A stretch of 64,000 bases of DNA from the human T2T-CHM13v2.0 reference genome, Homo sapiens. Position 1 is the first letter of the stretch. The number at the start of each line of letters is the position of its first letter. Location of the stretch: the NCBI RefSeq assembly GCF_009914755.1, contig NC_060930.1. One strand, 5' to 3'. Under the pieces are notes generated by a model that ran no database searches, was not told where the DNA came from, and saw only the letters and a program-made list of their open reading frames with translations. This document shows, one piece after another, positions 13,680 to 26,955 of this stretch. A program made the position numbers and the translations under genes.

Positions 13680-13860
13680 GGAGGACCAGAAAGAGACCTT
13701 TACTAGGACTCAGAAAGTCTTGTTCAAGAATCAGCTCTGCTACTCACTAGCCCTGTGAATTTGGGTCTTTCTCGGATTTAGATTTCTTACCTATAAGAAG
13801 GGGTATTTGGGTTAATTAATCTCCAACCCCCTTATAATTCCACTTTTCCAGAACTCTGAA
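13680..13860 (+). mobile_element. MIR/MIR3 fragment
   Basis: cagctctgctactcactagccctgtgaatttggg...tttcttacctataagaag. Confidence 0.6.
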
Positions 13861-14046
13861 TTCTGAGTTTCCCATTGGTAAATTTTATCTTTCCAAGAAT
13901 ATTTTAACTCCATTAAGGTCAAAACCTTTGACTAAAACTTCCCCTAACCTCTGGTCAGCCTGGCAGTTTTGTGGGCCAAGCATACAGCGAGTGCTCCCAA
14001 TCATTTCTAACTAAAATTTCAGATTTATATTGAAAATATGTGTGAG

Positions 14047-14175
14047 CCAGAGGTTTCAAACTGGTGGTCTGGAAACCAAATTCTGCCCACAGCATGATTT
14101 GTTTAGCCCATGGTGACTTTTTAGTGGTTGCCATGATTCTAATACTGAGAGATTTTATATCAAATCCAAAATGCA
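14047..14175. mobile_element. hAT-Charlie MITE fragment (MER102-like)
   Basis: Terminal cagaggtttcaaactggtgg...tctgcccacag...gtttagccca; similar to 48985-49270 in the opposite orientation. Confidence 0.55.
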
Positions 14176-14804
14176 TCCTTCAGATTTCACAGATGAGAAA
14201 ATTTGTGACAAGGAGGTAAAGGAAATTGTCCAACATCAAGGACCCAATCAAAGGAAAAATAGCCACTCAAATCTAAAGGCCTCTCTGATTTTGGGGTTCC
14301 TGAGCCTCTCTTGCTTCTGTAAAGATGACACCATGAAGTGGGGATTGGAGGATAGAAAGTTTAAATCTTAAACTACATTCTCTTTTGCCATTTGCCAAAG
14401 CCCCTCATTTGTCATCAGTATACAGTAGGTTTTAATGTTCTAAATGATAAGGTGTCTTAAAACTTTTTCAGTGCAATGTTATTTTCAAGTAATTATAAAT
14501 ATCAACATTTCATTTCATTTGTATTGGCATTCATAATTCATAGAATTCACTGTGATTGATTTTGAAGAAAACTGACACCAGGGATATTTGTTCTCTGTAA
14601 TGTAAAATTAATAGCAGATGCATGACTGAGGGAAACATTTTCCTGCTGTTTTCATAGTTATTAAAACTCCTGGACTCTGTTCTTTTTGTTTCTAACACAT
14701 ATGCTACACTGTCCCTGTTGCCCACGTACTTTCTTGCAGCATTTGAAAATGGTGGCTACTCTCTTCTCCTTAAAACTCTCTCTTTTGTTGTTTTCTGCTT
14801 TGAA

Positions 14805-15305
14805 GTAATAACAGCAGCCACCATTTACTGAACACTTCCTATGAGATATAGAACAGATTGATAAATAATATCCGGATTAATACTTCAGAGAAGCTTTTAA
14901 AATAATATTAACCCCAGTTGCCAGAGGCTGGGAAGAGTAATGGGGAGGTAGGGGGAAGTAAGGGTGGTTAATTGGTACAAAAAAATAGTTAGAAAGAATA
15001 AGACCTAGTATTTGATAGCACAATAATAATTTAATTGCACATTTTTAAATAACTAAATGAACATAATTGGACTGTTGGTAATGCAAAGGATAAATGCTTG
15101 AGGGGATGGATACCCAATTTTTCATGATGTGATTATTACACATTGCATGCCTGTATCAAAACATCTTGTGTATCCCATAAATATATACACCTACTGTTTA
15201 AAAAAGGAAAAAAGTAGTATTATCCCCATTTTACAAGGAAAAACACAGCAGGCTCAGACACAATAAACAGATTGCTATCAATGACATAGCTAGTATCTAG
15301 TGGCA
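14805..15305 (-). mobile_element. MIR split by an L1MA insertion
   Basis: taataacagcagccaccatttactgaacacttcctatg (left) and tattatccccattttacaaggaaaaac...ggctcaga...atagctagta (right). Confidence 0.75.
14917..15212 (+). mobile_element. L1MA 3' end, 5'-truncated
   Basis: ccagaggctgggaag...aaaggataaatgcttgaggggatggataccc...cccataaatatatacacctact; degenerate TSD aataatattaacccca / agtagtattatcccca. Confidence 0.9.
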
Positions 15306-15435
15306 ACAGTGTCCCTGAGCACTACATGATAGTGTCTCTCTTGGTTTTCTTTCTTCCTATATCTCCTCTATTTCTTAACCTCATTCACAGCCCCCTCTTA
15401 CTCCAGTGGATTCCAATATGTCGGTGATACCTGGG

Positions 15436-16122
<687 letters not shown>

Positions 16123-16224
16123 CCAAGCTTCTATCTTCATTCACGTCATCAACCAATATAATAGGCCAAATGCACGTCTCCATCCCAGACCTCTCTCCTA
16201 AACTCAAATCAGTACATGGTTGTA

Positions 16225-16445
16225 GTTAAAAGGAAGATACAGAGATGATTATGTTGGCTCCATCCTTTGCCAGCTATATGGCCTTGGACAAGGTACTTAA
16301 ACTTTCCAGCTTGTTTTCTTATCTGTAAAAGGAATAATAGAGCTAATGCAAGGATTAAATCAGACCATACCTATAAGGCAAATGGCACTTAATATATATT
16401 CAATAAATGTTAGCTACTATAATTATTATTGTTATTATTATTATA
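16225..16445 (+). mobile_element. MIR SINE
   Basis: ggccttggacaaggtacttaaac...cttatctgtaaaagg...caataaatgttagctactat. Confidence 0.8.
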
Positions 16446-17859
16446 TTTCAGACTACCTGGATCAGCCCAACATAAGTAACCTTATAGCCCTTCAAACATC
16501 TAGAATCTATCATCTATACTCATATAAGAGGGTGTCTTGCTAAATTTCAAATCTGCCCACCTCTCCTCACCTCATATAAAATTCTCTGGCAGATCACCAT
16601 AATATTTAGAATGAGATCCAAATATCTCAGCAGAGACAACCCTTCAACATCCAGTCTCTGTTGACTCTACAGTCTTACCTCCCACCATCTCCAATCTCTA
16701 AAGGAACAAAATGTCTACTTCTGCCATCAGTACAAACTAGTTGTTCATGTCTCAGCATGCTGGAAAATGTGGTTTCCAGGAGCCAAAAATGCCTTCCTAA
16801 CTCCTTCCTGCCCTTCTAAATGCTACTCATATCTCCGTCTTCCCATGTCTTCCCTAACTCCTGAAGTCTGAGTTTGCTCCCTCCTTTGGGTAGCCCTTGA
16901 AGCCTGCCCTTGCTTTAGTCCTTATCACAGAGAAGCCTCACTTCTGGTTTGCTGCTCAGCCTTACTTAGTAGACTCGAATTCCTGAGTTGAGTCTCTTAA
17001 CTCTGCAACCTAGCATCAGACACCCAACAACTAAAACTCTGCTAAGAAGGCAACTAGGTTCTAAGATGAAAAGTAGGCATGTTGATGGCACAATTACAAA
17101 TCTGTTTTGCAAACATAAAATGTTAATGCTGAGGACATTACAGATCTGATCAAACAATTCTTTCCATTTGCACATGGAACCCCTAATACTTAGGGAGGTC
17201 ACGTGACTTGTCCAACTTTATACAGTTATTCATGCAGTCCAGGCTCATCCCAGAACACCAGTTTGGGAAGGGTAAGTAATGTGAACCCAGGCCTCAAACT
17301 TGAACACATCCCACTCCAGGTTCATATAAGTCATCTATTTACTTATACCCTATTTTGTTACAGAAAGGGTTTAGGACAGTTTGAATAAATACTTAAAATA
17401 AGACTTAGTTTTCTTAAAGCCAATAAAGGAATCATACAGTTTTGGAAGATGGAGATTGTGAAGTGGGGCAAAAATAGGGAAGCCAGAAAGAGACAGGCCA
17501 AAACCCCTGTGAAGTTAGTATTTAAAGCTCCATAATGAGATCTGGTGCATTTTCTAGGAGCAGGTTACAAATTTGCTTTTAAACTCACAGAAAATAGGTA
17601 TAATCTATTCTTGAATTACGGTGTAATATTAAAACATTACACTGATGCTGAAATATGAAAGAAATTTCTCCCATAAGTCTTTGTGAAGAAAAAAATGAAA
17701 TAAACAGTATCTTTTAAATAATCCTGAGTTGCATAATGTCATTCTGTATAATATTCTTCAATGAAGTCCCAAAACATTAACAAAGTGCAATTCAAGAAAA
17801 TTGGGGGAATTGAGTGGAGGACAAAACAATATGGACAATATATACAGTTCTCTGCACTG

Positions 17860-17985
17860 AAGAGGCTGTGCACCCCATGAGGGCAAGAAGCCCCTCCCTT
17901 GTTCATTGCCGTATGCCTTAGCACACTGTCTACCACAGTAGGGAAGCTCAAGAGTTCAAATGTTCAGTAGAGAACTAAACAAATC
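17860..17985 (+). mobile_element. L2 3' end fragment
   Basis: ccatgagggcaagaag...cttgttcattgccgtatgccttagcacactgtctaccacagtagg. Confidence 0.7.
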
Positions 17986-18009
17986 TACATAAACAGTTCA
18001 TACTCAGTC

Positions 18010-18465
18010 AGTCAAGTGAGAAAAGTAAAATGTGAGAAGTTACAGCTTTTCAAGACAGAACCAGGTTATTGACTGGGATCCCTGCAGACATCAGTTCCAG
18101 GCGCCACATTGGTATGCAAAGAATTTGAACAACAGTTTCAGAAGAAACATTTCAAGTTTGCGGTTAATACTAAATTGGAAGAGACAGCAAATAATGAGAA
18201 ACAAAGCAGGCAGATAAAAGGGTTTTAGATATTTCAAGTACCTACCCAGCTAATAAATGCAAATGAAGTTCAGTACAGATAAGCACAGAATTATGAGTCT
18301 GGAAGCAAAGAAGAGTAAGGAGGACTATCTGCTTAATGGAAATGAGCTGCACGGTGCTGACCAGGAATGAGATCTGGGGAATTAATGCAGAAGAAATCCC
18401 TCAAGCTTTCAGCCCACTTTGCTGCTATGGAAAAGAAACATGATGATGAGCTGTATTAAACCACA
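18010..18465 (+). mobile_element. Ancient CR1/L3-clade LINE fossil (RT core and C-terminal region)
   Basis: Manual translation across frameshifts: TGIP/QTSVPGATL, FKFAVNTKLEETAN, QMKFSTDKHRIMSL...YLLNGNEL...QE*DLG, SLKLSAHFAAMEKK, MSCIK; colinear with CR1 ORF2 motifs SGVPQGSVLGP, SKFADDTKLGG, QMKFNxDKCKVMHL, ERDLGV, SLKxSxQCAAAxKKA, LGCIK. Confidence 0.85.
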
Positions 18466-18841
18466 ATACACAACAATCAAGTCACGCTCCACATTGGGTG
18501 AAAATGAAACCAAAGCAAGAAAAGAATAATTTTTTTTTAATTGCCATTCTGTTCAGGGCAGGACCATCCTCACTGATTTTTTTTTTTTTTAAATCTCAAC
18601 CTTAAGCAATTGTCTTCTACAGATTTATTGAAATGTGTTTTTTATTATTTGCTTGTATTCTCTGTCATTTTCCATGTTGTCTCACAATTACTCAAGGGTC
18701 CCCAGAATACTGTCATCACACCTGAGAGCCAGAGCCATCACTGTACAAACAGAAGACGCTTAGATGGCAAAGGTTAAGTGGCTCCTTCTGCCAAAGCTAT
18801 ACATTGCCTTTTTTCCTTTTATTTTCTTTTTGATTTTCCTT

Positions 18842-18929
18842 TTGTTGTTGTTGTTGGTGGTGGTGGTGGTGGTGGTGGTGGTGGCGGTGGTGGTGGTGGT
18901 GGTGGCAGTGGTGGTAAAAAAAAAAAAAA
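18842..18929. repeat. Compound (TTG)n(GGT)n microsatellite followed by an A-tract
   Basis: Read directly. Confidence 0.97.
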
Positions 18930-19211
18930 GAGTCATAGATTCATAGCTTTTAACACTGAAAGGCGCTCTAAGTATACCTTTATGAGCCTCCTAACTATAA
19001 AGAGAGTAGCTATTATTAGCACCATGTAGCAGATGACCTTGCCAGACCCAAGGGCCCAGTGATATCAGCCAACCACATTATAGTCCACTCTAGAACTAAT
19101 TGAGTCAAACCCAGTACAAGGTTGAAAGAGACAGATGTGATAAGAGTACCTAAAGGCTTTCCTAGCCAAAAATGGTTCTCCCTATTCCTGCTTCAGTTCC
19201 TGAAATTCCAT

Positions 19212-19520
19212 ATTAATTCACACAATATTTCTTGACTCTCCACTATGGGCTTGGTACTGTTCTAAGCATTGATGATATAATAGCCAACAAAAGAGACTAT
19301 ATCCCTACCTTTGTGGAGCTTAAATTATAGTGAGCAGAGACAGACAATAAATAAACAGAAATGAACTAGACAGTCTCAAATAATAGGAAGCACTAGGAAG
19401 TTAATAAACTGAATGATGTAGAGAGAAACAGGAGAGGGATAGGGGAACTATTTGAGGAGGATGGTTTAAAAAGACTACTCTGAGGAGGTGACACTGAAGT
19501 AATTAAAATTTGAATGATCA
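19212..19520 (-). mobile_element. L2 3' end
   Basis: ctgttctaagcattgatgatata...gtggagcttaaattatagtgagcagagacagacaataaataaac...ctctgaggaggtgacactgaag. Confidence 0.85.
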
Positions 19521-19979
19521 GGCACTCATAAAGAAAGTCCATACCAAACTATAATTATGACCTGGGGAGTAAAGGCATTTTTTAAAATTATAATTTACTA
19601 AAATCTCATTCCAAATTAATTTCTCAGATTTTCTTCCCAATACCTTATAGAACTGTGTAAAACAAAGAAAAATAAGAGAAAATAGGTTATATTTGATAAG
19701 GGGGAAGGAAGAATACAATGGGTTGGGAACCCAGAATTCAGGCTAACGAGCAAGCCCTAGACCTTGGTGAAGGAGAAAACAGGGAAAACTGCTTACTGAA
19801 AGGGAGAGAAATATTTCAAGCACAATTATAAGTGCATACTCTACTAGATTTAGCCATATTTCCCCCCAATAACCTTACTTCAGACATGACACTTTCTTAA
19901 TTAGTGACTTTTACATAGATAATTTATGTAAATTAATAGTTCAATTTTCGTTTGAAATAGGACAAGCTGTAGAATACCG

Positions 19980-20768
19980 CAGTGGTCAGCCTAAGATGAC
20001 CCCCAGTGATCCCCTCCTCCTGGTATATTCCCTTATGTAATTGTCTTTCCTAAGTGTGGGTTAGACCTAGAGACAGATTCAATAAATAAAAGACAGAAAA
20101 TGTGACTTTTCTCAGAGAAGTCAGATGCCATGCTACGAGCTGCCTTCCGGAGAGGCCCATGTGGCAAGAAATTGAGGGATGACTGTATATTAGTCTGTTC
20201 TCATGCTGCTAATAAAGACATACCCAAGACTGGGTAATTTATAAAGGAAAGAGGTTTAACAGACTCACAGTTCCACATGGCTGGGGAGGCCTCACAATCA
20301 TGGCGAAAGGCAAAGGAGAAGCAAAGAACACATCTTACATGGTGGCAGGCAAGAGAGCTTGTGCAAGGGAACTCCCATTTATAAAACCATCAGATCTACG
20401 GAGACGTATTCACTATCACAAGAACAGTATGAGGGAAACCACCCCCATGATTCAATTATCTCCACCTGGCCCCACCCCTTGACACATGGGGATTATTACA
20501 ATTCAAGGTGAGATATGGGTGGGGACACAGCCAAACCATATCAGACTGAATCCCATCAAACAATCACATAAGTGAGTTTGGAAGTGGATCTTCTCCCAGT
20601 TTAACTTTAGATGACACTGCATTTCCAGCCTCATGAGAGAAACAGGCAGGTGTACCTCACTAAGCCACATCTGGATTCCTGACCCATACAGTGAGATAAT
20701 AGATGTTTGTTGCTTTAAGCTGCTAAGTTTTGGAGTAACATGTTACAGTGCAACAGACAACTAATATA
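19980..20768 (+). mobile_element. MLT1F-like MaLR LTR, split by THE1
   Basis: cctaagatgacccccagtgatcccc...gagaggcccatgtggcaagaa...tttaagctgctaagttttggag...gacaactaata. Confidence 0.85.
20186..20543 (-). mobile_element. THE1 (B/C-type) solo LTR
   Basis: Complete LTR; 5-bp TSD gactg at 20181-20185 and 20544-20548. Confidence 0.95.
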
Positions 20769-21416
20769 TACTTGAAAGTATTTTCAAGTTGTGGTTTCGT
20801 CCTGCTGATAGGGTAAAATTCTGTCTCTCCCATGCTTCCTTGAGGATCTACTGAAGGTTGGGACCAAGGTGGGACTGGAAACAAAGGTGGTGAGTTAAAG
20901 AATAACAACAATAGTTGGTCATTAAATTCTATTTCATTCCTAATACAATCCCATAACAATATCACATGGTAAAACCCTAGCAAAGTGACTATTGTCTATA
21001 ATTTTAATTATTTGCTTAACCAGTCAGATCTTGATGATTTTCTTTTCTGGGGTTAGTTTGGGCATCACTAAGCTCAAGCAACCAAGGGATACCACACCCT
21101 CTCCACCTAAAGAAAAGAACCAAATCCCCATCCTCCCACTGCCTGAGAGTATTACAGCCAATCTCTCCAGCAGCAGCTCTTTCTTGGTGGCCCCTGAAGT
21201 TCCCAACTTGACTTTACCACTCATAGAAGCAAATAAAATATGATAAGCTCCCAACCAATATCAGGGAAGAGAATTAAATCAATTACTATCATTAAGCGTT
21301 TGGAATTCAAACTGAATTACTTTTGGATTAAACATCATCATGTCTCTAATATAAATTTAACTTCAGGTGAACCAAAAAGGAGTTATTCTTATAAGCATGT
21401 AAATGAATAACATGCT

Positions 21417-21831
21417 TGCTGTGGTTTGAATGCCCCCTCTAAAACCCACCTTGAAACTTAATCCCCAGTGTGGCAGTATTGACAGGTTGAGAGGTGGGCC
21501 TTTAAGAGGTGAATAGAGCACTCAAGAATGGATTAGTCCATTCATGGATTAATGCATTAATGGATTAGTGGGTTATCATGGGAGTGGGACTCATGGCTTT
21601 ATAAGAAGAGGAAGAGAGACATGAAGAGCACACTCAGCCTCCTCTCCGAGTGATGCCCTGTACTGGCTCAGGACTCTGCAGAGAGTCCCCACCAGCAAGA
21701 AGGCCCTCACCACAAGTACCCACCTCAATCTTGGACTTAGCCACCATATCTGCAAGAAATATGTTCCTTCTCTGTATAAATTACCCTGTTTCAGGTATTC
21801 TGTTACAAGCAACAGAAAATGGACTAAGACA
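21417..21831 (+). mobile_element. MST-family (MSTC/D-like) MaLR solo LTR
   Basis: tgctgtggtttgaatg...gactctgcagagagtccccaccagcaagaaggccctcacc...gcaacagaaaatggactaagaca. Confidence 0.9.
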
Positions 21832-23205
21832 ACCCTCCTTGCTTATTGTTGAAAAGCTAAGGAATTTCTCCAGAACCTGTACAAGGTTGCTCCTATCATC
21901 CCAAAATAAATACAATACTAATCAAAAGAGACAGCCCCTATATAGCACCTGTCACTGGCTATCAGCAACAAGGCATTACACAGTAGGTCTTCTTAACCAC
22001 AGCAACACCAGTGATATCGGCCTTTGTAAATTCAAACAGGCAGTTCTGTACTATGGAGAACTTCCAAATATAAAGACAAAAAAATACATTTGAAAGACCT
22101 TGGAAAGCATTCCTCCCTTGCCCCGTGGCCTCACTGTGAGGGGAACAAGTCCAACAGAGCCAATCCAAAGGAGAGAAGCCTTGGAGAACTCCCCTGCTTC
22201 CAGCTCTTTGTTTAAATCTTTCCACAACACTGGCCTACATAAAAATCAATATATAAGCCAACCTTTCATAATCAACAGTTCTTGTAAATAGGCTTCCATT
22301 CCGGGAACAGCTATAGATTTAAGGCCAAACTCTCTGCTGTGAAATCACTGAATGCCAAGTAAGAATACCTAAATTAGAACTTGGCTCTAACAACACCGAT
22401 CATCCTTGCCATCGTTTAAAATTTACCTTCACAAATGAAACTTTGTGGGAAGCAATGGAAAAACATGCTTTTCCTGTAAACCTCCCTTGATATATTTCAT
22501 CTTCAAAAGAAGAAATCGAATTTCAATTTTAAAGTTTCCTTTGCCAGATTCAATAAAAGTTCAGGCATCTACTTTTTAAGCTATGCCCATTAGATTTGCA
22601 CTGATAACCCTCACTTTTACCTTGCTGAGAATCCTTTTCAGCATTTACATTTTAAATCTCTCTTATTGAAAATCACAATGTTTCTCCTAGGGTTAAAGTT
22701 CGGGAAGTTCTTTAAATACATCTATGTGTATATATATAATATATATATATTTAAATTTCACTTTAATATCGACATTGCTATATAGCATTTGCTTTGTAGT
22801 TAAAAGGTGAGAGCAAAGCCTCAAATTTTACCAGAATCCCCAAAGACTAAACCTCCAACTCCCTCATATATCGAGTCCATTAGGAGATTTTTAAAGTTAG
22901 GAATTCATTTTTCTTTTTTTTTTTTAATGCTGCACATAGTTGCTTTATGTTCTACTGAGCCTAGTGCTCAGGTATTTATGAAAACAGAACATTTGAAAAG
23001 TCAGTGATCTCAAGGTATCATGCCTGTACCAAGCACAAAGGAGCACCAAAGGGCAAAGTGAGGCAGAGACGATGATCTTTTTATATGTATTAATGCTACT
23101 AAGCAACCAAATACAATTTTTAAAAAGATGGCTTCCTGGGTTCATATAGACTTTTTATGAAGAAAATGAAACTAAAATAATACATTATGTCCTCCCACAC
23201 CTTTG

Positions 23206-23531
23206 GTTTTTTGGAAGGTTTTTTTTGTTTTGTTTTTGTTTGTTTGAGACAGAGTTTTGTTCTTGTTGCCCAGGCAGGAGTGCAGTGGTGCAATCTCTGC
23301 TCAATGCAACCTCTGCTTCCTGGGTTCAAGCAATTCCTAGCCTCCCAAGTAGCTGGGATTACAGGCACCCACCATGCCTGGCTAATTTTTTTTTTTTTTT
23401 TTGTATTTTTAGTGCAGATGGGGGTTTTGCCATGTTGGCCAGGCTGGTCTCGAACTCCTGACCTCAGGTGATCTGCCCACCTCAGCCTCCGAAAGTGCTG
23501 GGATTACAAGTGTGAGCCACCATGCCTGGCC
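23206..23531 (-). mobile_element. AluS (Sq/Sp-like)
   Basis: Reverse-strand dimer with the tcttgttgccc diagnostic; TSD ctcccacacctttg on both sides. Confidence 0.96.
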
Positions 23532-24079
23532 CTCCCACACCTTTGAATTTATCTCTTTTTATTCATCGGATTGTTGGTTGTTCCTTTTATGTACTCTTAA
23601 AAATAAAAATTATTTCAGCTTTTCTCAAAACGGGCAATATTTTCCACAACGTGCAAAATTTATTAAGTTTACAGGAAAAAGCTTGTGAGAGTCACTGAAT
23701 TTAAAGATTGCAGAATGAAAGGAGAAATTGCTATAGAAATTTCCTTGTATCCTCACTGCCGAATTTTAAGAAAAGCAAAACTACATTCATTTGAAAAAAT
23801 ATTTGTATAAATGATACTGTATTCATTACACTGGTTGGTCAGAATAATCAATTCTCTACATCAAAATTAAGATGTCAATGTTTTTAAATATTTCATCTTA
23901 TAAAATTATTTGAATGCATCATTAACATTCTCTGAGAAGCTCCTCAAATTTTATGTACATTAGACTGCCAAATCTCTTAAAGGTACAACTTTATTGAATT
24001 TTTTAATAAAATATTCTTTCTATATTCTATCAGTAAAAATGATTTTCAAACCTGTCCTTTACAGAAGGAAAAACTTGTA

Positions 24080-24275
24080 AAATCCAAATAAAGTCTGTCA
24101 TTTAATTAACAGTATTGTACCAATGTTAATTTCTTTGTTTGATAAATACACCATCATTATGTAAGATGTTACCATTGGGTGAAGCTGGGTGAAGGGAATA
24201 CAAAAATTTTCTACTGTATTTGCAAGTCTTCTGTAACTCTAAAATTATTTCATAATAAAGGTTTTTTTAAAAACT
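24080..24275 (+). mobile_element. L1MC/MD-type 3' end
   Basis: acagtattgtaccaatgttaatttc...tgtaagatgttaccattggg...gaagctgggtgaaggg...ctaaaattatttc. Confidence 0.85.
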
Positions 24276-26494
24276 ACTCTTTGAATTTCAATTTAAGATA
24301 GGCAATTGGAGAAAAAACCTTCTAACATTTAATTTAGAGTCTATTCATAAACATGCAATTAACAGAGAACACGTGTTCTCAATTGACTTCTGACATTAAG
24401 CCTATTTTATAGTTCTAGAGGCCACATTAAAGCAAAAGAGTCAGGATTCCAACACGAACACAATGTATTTGTATTCTCATTTAGACCAAGGCCTTTCAAA
24501 GTCTCTTTATATCAACATCTATTTTTGATCACAGAAAGGCAGAGAAAGCAGTTATTTCTTGAACAGAATTCTCCAAAATAGTAAAGCATTTTAAAAACCA
24601 CACATTGTGAAAAATCTATATTCATGGACAAAGCAAAATATTGAACTTACCTATGTTCATTATTTCCATGGAAATATTACATACAGAATGAATATATATA
24701 TCTTGACTCATGAGATTTTTGAAGCTTTTGTGACTGGCAGACATGTTATATAATCCCTTAATAAATAGTGAAACCTAATTATGCCAAAGGGTAATGGTAT
24801 CTACATGTCTGCCCAATGAAGAAACCCATTGTCAGCTCAAACCCAATGTAGAAATTACTCCTCCTACCAAAAAGCTTAAGAATCCATAAACCCCTCTCCA
24901 CTTTAGCACAAAGGTAAACAAGGGAATGACTCAAATGGAAGTGGAAAAAATGAAGAATTGGGAAAAATAGAAAAGTTATATTCAAATAATAATGGGTACA
25001 AACACTTTGTAGTATATTAGAGGAAGTAACCCATGGAAGCAATACAGATGACAAAGTCACAAGAGATCAAATCTAGACTTAGGGTAACTGCTGATACAGA
25101 TGATGAAAATTCTCTGCCATTAGTGAAAAGAGTTCTAATAGCAAGACGATTCTGATTCCAGCACAAATGAATGGCAAAAGAACAGAATGCCACAGAGAGA
25201 AGAGGATGTGGAGAAGCTGAACTACCAAACAGGAGAAATTGGAACCAGACCAGAACAGAAATAATTCGCATCATCATTAGAGATACAAAATTATGAGACA
25301 TCAGTTTCTTATCAGGAAGAGCCAGGAATGAATAGCTAAGTGCACTGGTATACCATTTGGTATTTTTGTTTAATATGATTGCACTTAAGCCAACAATAAA
25401 GTCTATGCAACTCATATTCCACAGTATACATTCAATCATTCTCAATTAATACCTTTATTGGCTTAAACCTGAGTTAAAGAAACTCTCCTGGTCTTCATAA
25501 TCCTTCCTGGTCTCTGGATGGAGTGACCACACTACCAGTGGGGTTCACCCTGTGCCTGGAGGGGCCCAGGTTATTAGCCAACCCATTAACCATCCTTCAG
25601 CGCAGAATGTTACCCTACCCAGCCTTGTTTCTGGGTGCTACAAAGGAGATGTCATTCATTTGGCTACATTTAACATTTGCAATAAAGTGGCAAAGTATCA
25701 TCATGTCTTTTTCCCTCTATAGCCCTTCGAACAGGCAGCTAAAAAGTGTTACATATTATCTGAGTTTTAAATATCCAATATAAAGCTCACAAAGCTCTCT
25801 GCAGTATCACACAGTCAGTGAAACACAGAATAAGGAACAACTTTCTAAACATTACAGCAGTTCCACAGTTCATAAGAGTTGCATACTTTATTAAGATTTC
25901 AACATAATCACATATTAGCGAAAACAATTACTTTTTAAATCTGTCAAATCATTAATGTACTACACTTACAGACCACAGTCTATTACACAGGTCCCCAGAA
26001 GTTCTAAGCATGCATAGAAATAAAATGAACATTTGTATCATTTTCTTCTCACATTCATGACTTGAAGTTAATTGTAACCTTCAAAAAACAATCTAGGCTT
26101 CACTTGAACTAGCTTCAGATGAGAAGTCAATAAGGAAACAAGCGTTTTTAGCCAGAGGTCTAGTTTCAATGAACAAGTATAAAAACACTCAATTACTTAA
26201 TTCCTTGAAGCATTTTTTAAAATCACATGATTTACTAAAGACATTTGGCCTGCTTTCCTAAAAGGAAAGTAGGTGCTAAGAAAATCAAACCATAGTGGAA
26301 CTGGGGAATGTTTTGGTGAAATATAAAATCATTAGACTATTTCAGACAATATCTCAAACTTGCCCAAAAGATCTGTACGTCTTCACAGTCCCTTACTGTA
26401 GTAAAGGTAAGGCAGCCTTTACAGGAAAGGGAAAGTGGAGGAACAAAACAGAAGGCATCCTTACACTCAGCAGGTAGATTCACGAACTTTCTGA

Positions 26495-26720
26495 GTTCAC
26501 TCCACAAATACTTGCTGAATGCCTAGCATGTACTTGGCATTGGGCTACAAGAAAACCGTTCTGCTAAGCAAAATGATGCAGTGCTTCACCTCCTGTAGTT
26601 AACACCTAGCAGGCAAGACAGACAACAAACCACATATTTTATTTATCCTTCTGATACCTGCTAGAAAGAGGAATTTCAGAATGCAGAGCCAGCCTACACA
26701 AGAGGTTCACATATATTCAG
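26495..26720 (-). mobile_element. L2 3' end
   Basis: acaaatacttgctgaatgcctagcatgtacttggcattggg...ctagcaggcaagacagac. Confidence 0.7.
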
Positions 26721-26829
26721 GAGGGTAAGTCAGGAGAGGAACATTCATTTCCTCAAATAACAGCAAAAATAACTCAAAAAATGCTATTTGATGAGATCAT
26801 TCTGTGACAGAAGGTATTTCACGTGCATT

Positions 26830-26955
26830 GTCCCACATGCTTTTAATTTTCACAATAACCTTGGGTGCTAAGTGGGTTAATATTTAACATCTAGATTATT
26901 TAGTCTAGGAAACTGAGGCTCAGAGAGTAAAGGGCCTTAACTAAGGTCCCAGTCC
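26830..26955 (-). mobile_element. MIR fragment
   Basis: aggaaactgaggctcagagag...aaggtccca. Confidence 0.7.

Noticed and set aside
13947-14055. Inverted repeat aacctctgg / ccagaggtt about 100 bp apart
   Set aside because: Only about 9 bp, and one arm is the MITE terminus; chance level
18764-19029. Poly-Val, poly-Gly and poly-Lys ORFs
   Set aside because: Translation of the (TTG)(GGT) microsatellite and A-tract
24645-24660. Strong minus-strand donor TAG|GTAAGT (also a plus-strand CAG|GTAAGT at ~45967)
   Set aside because: No convincing matching acceptor found at exon distance
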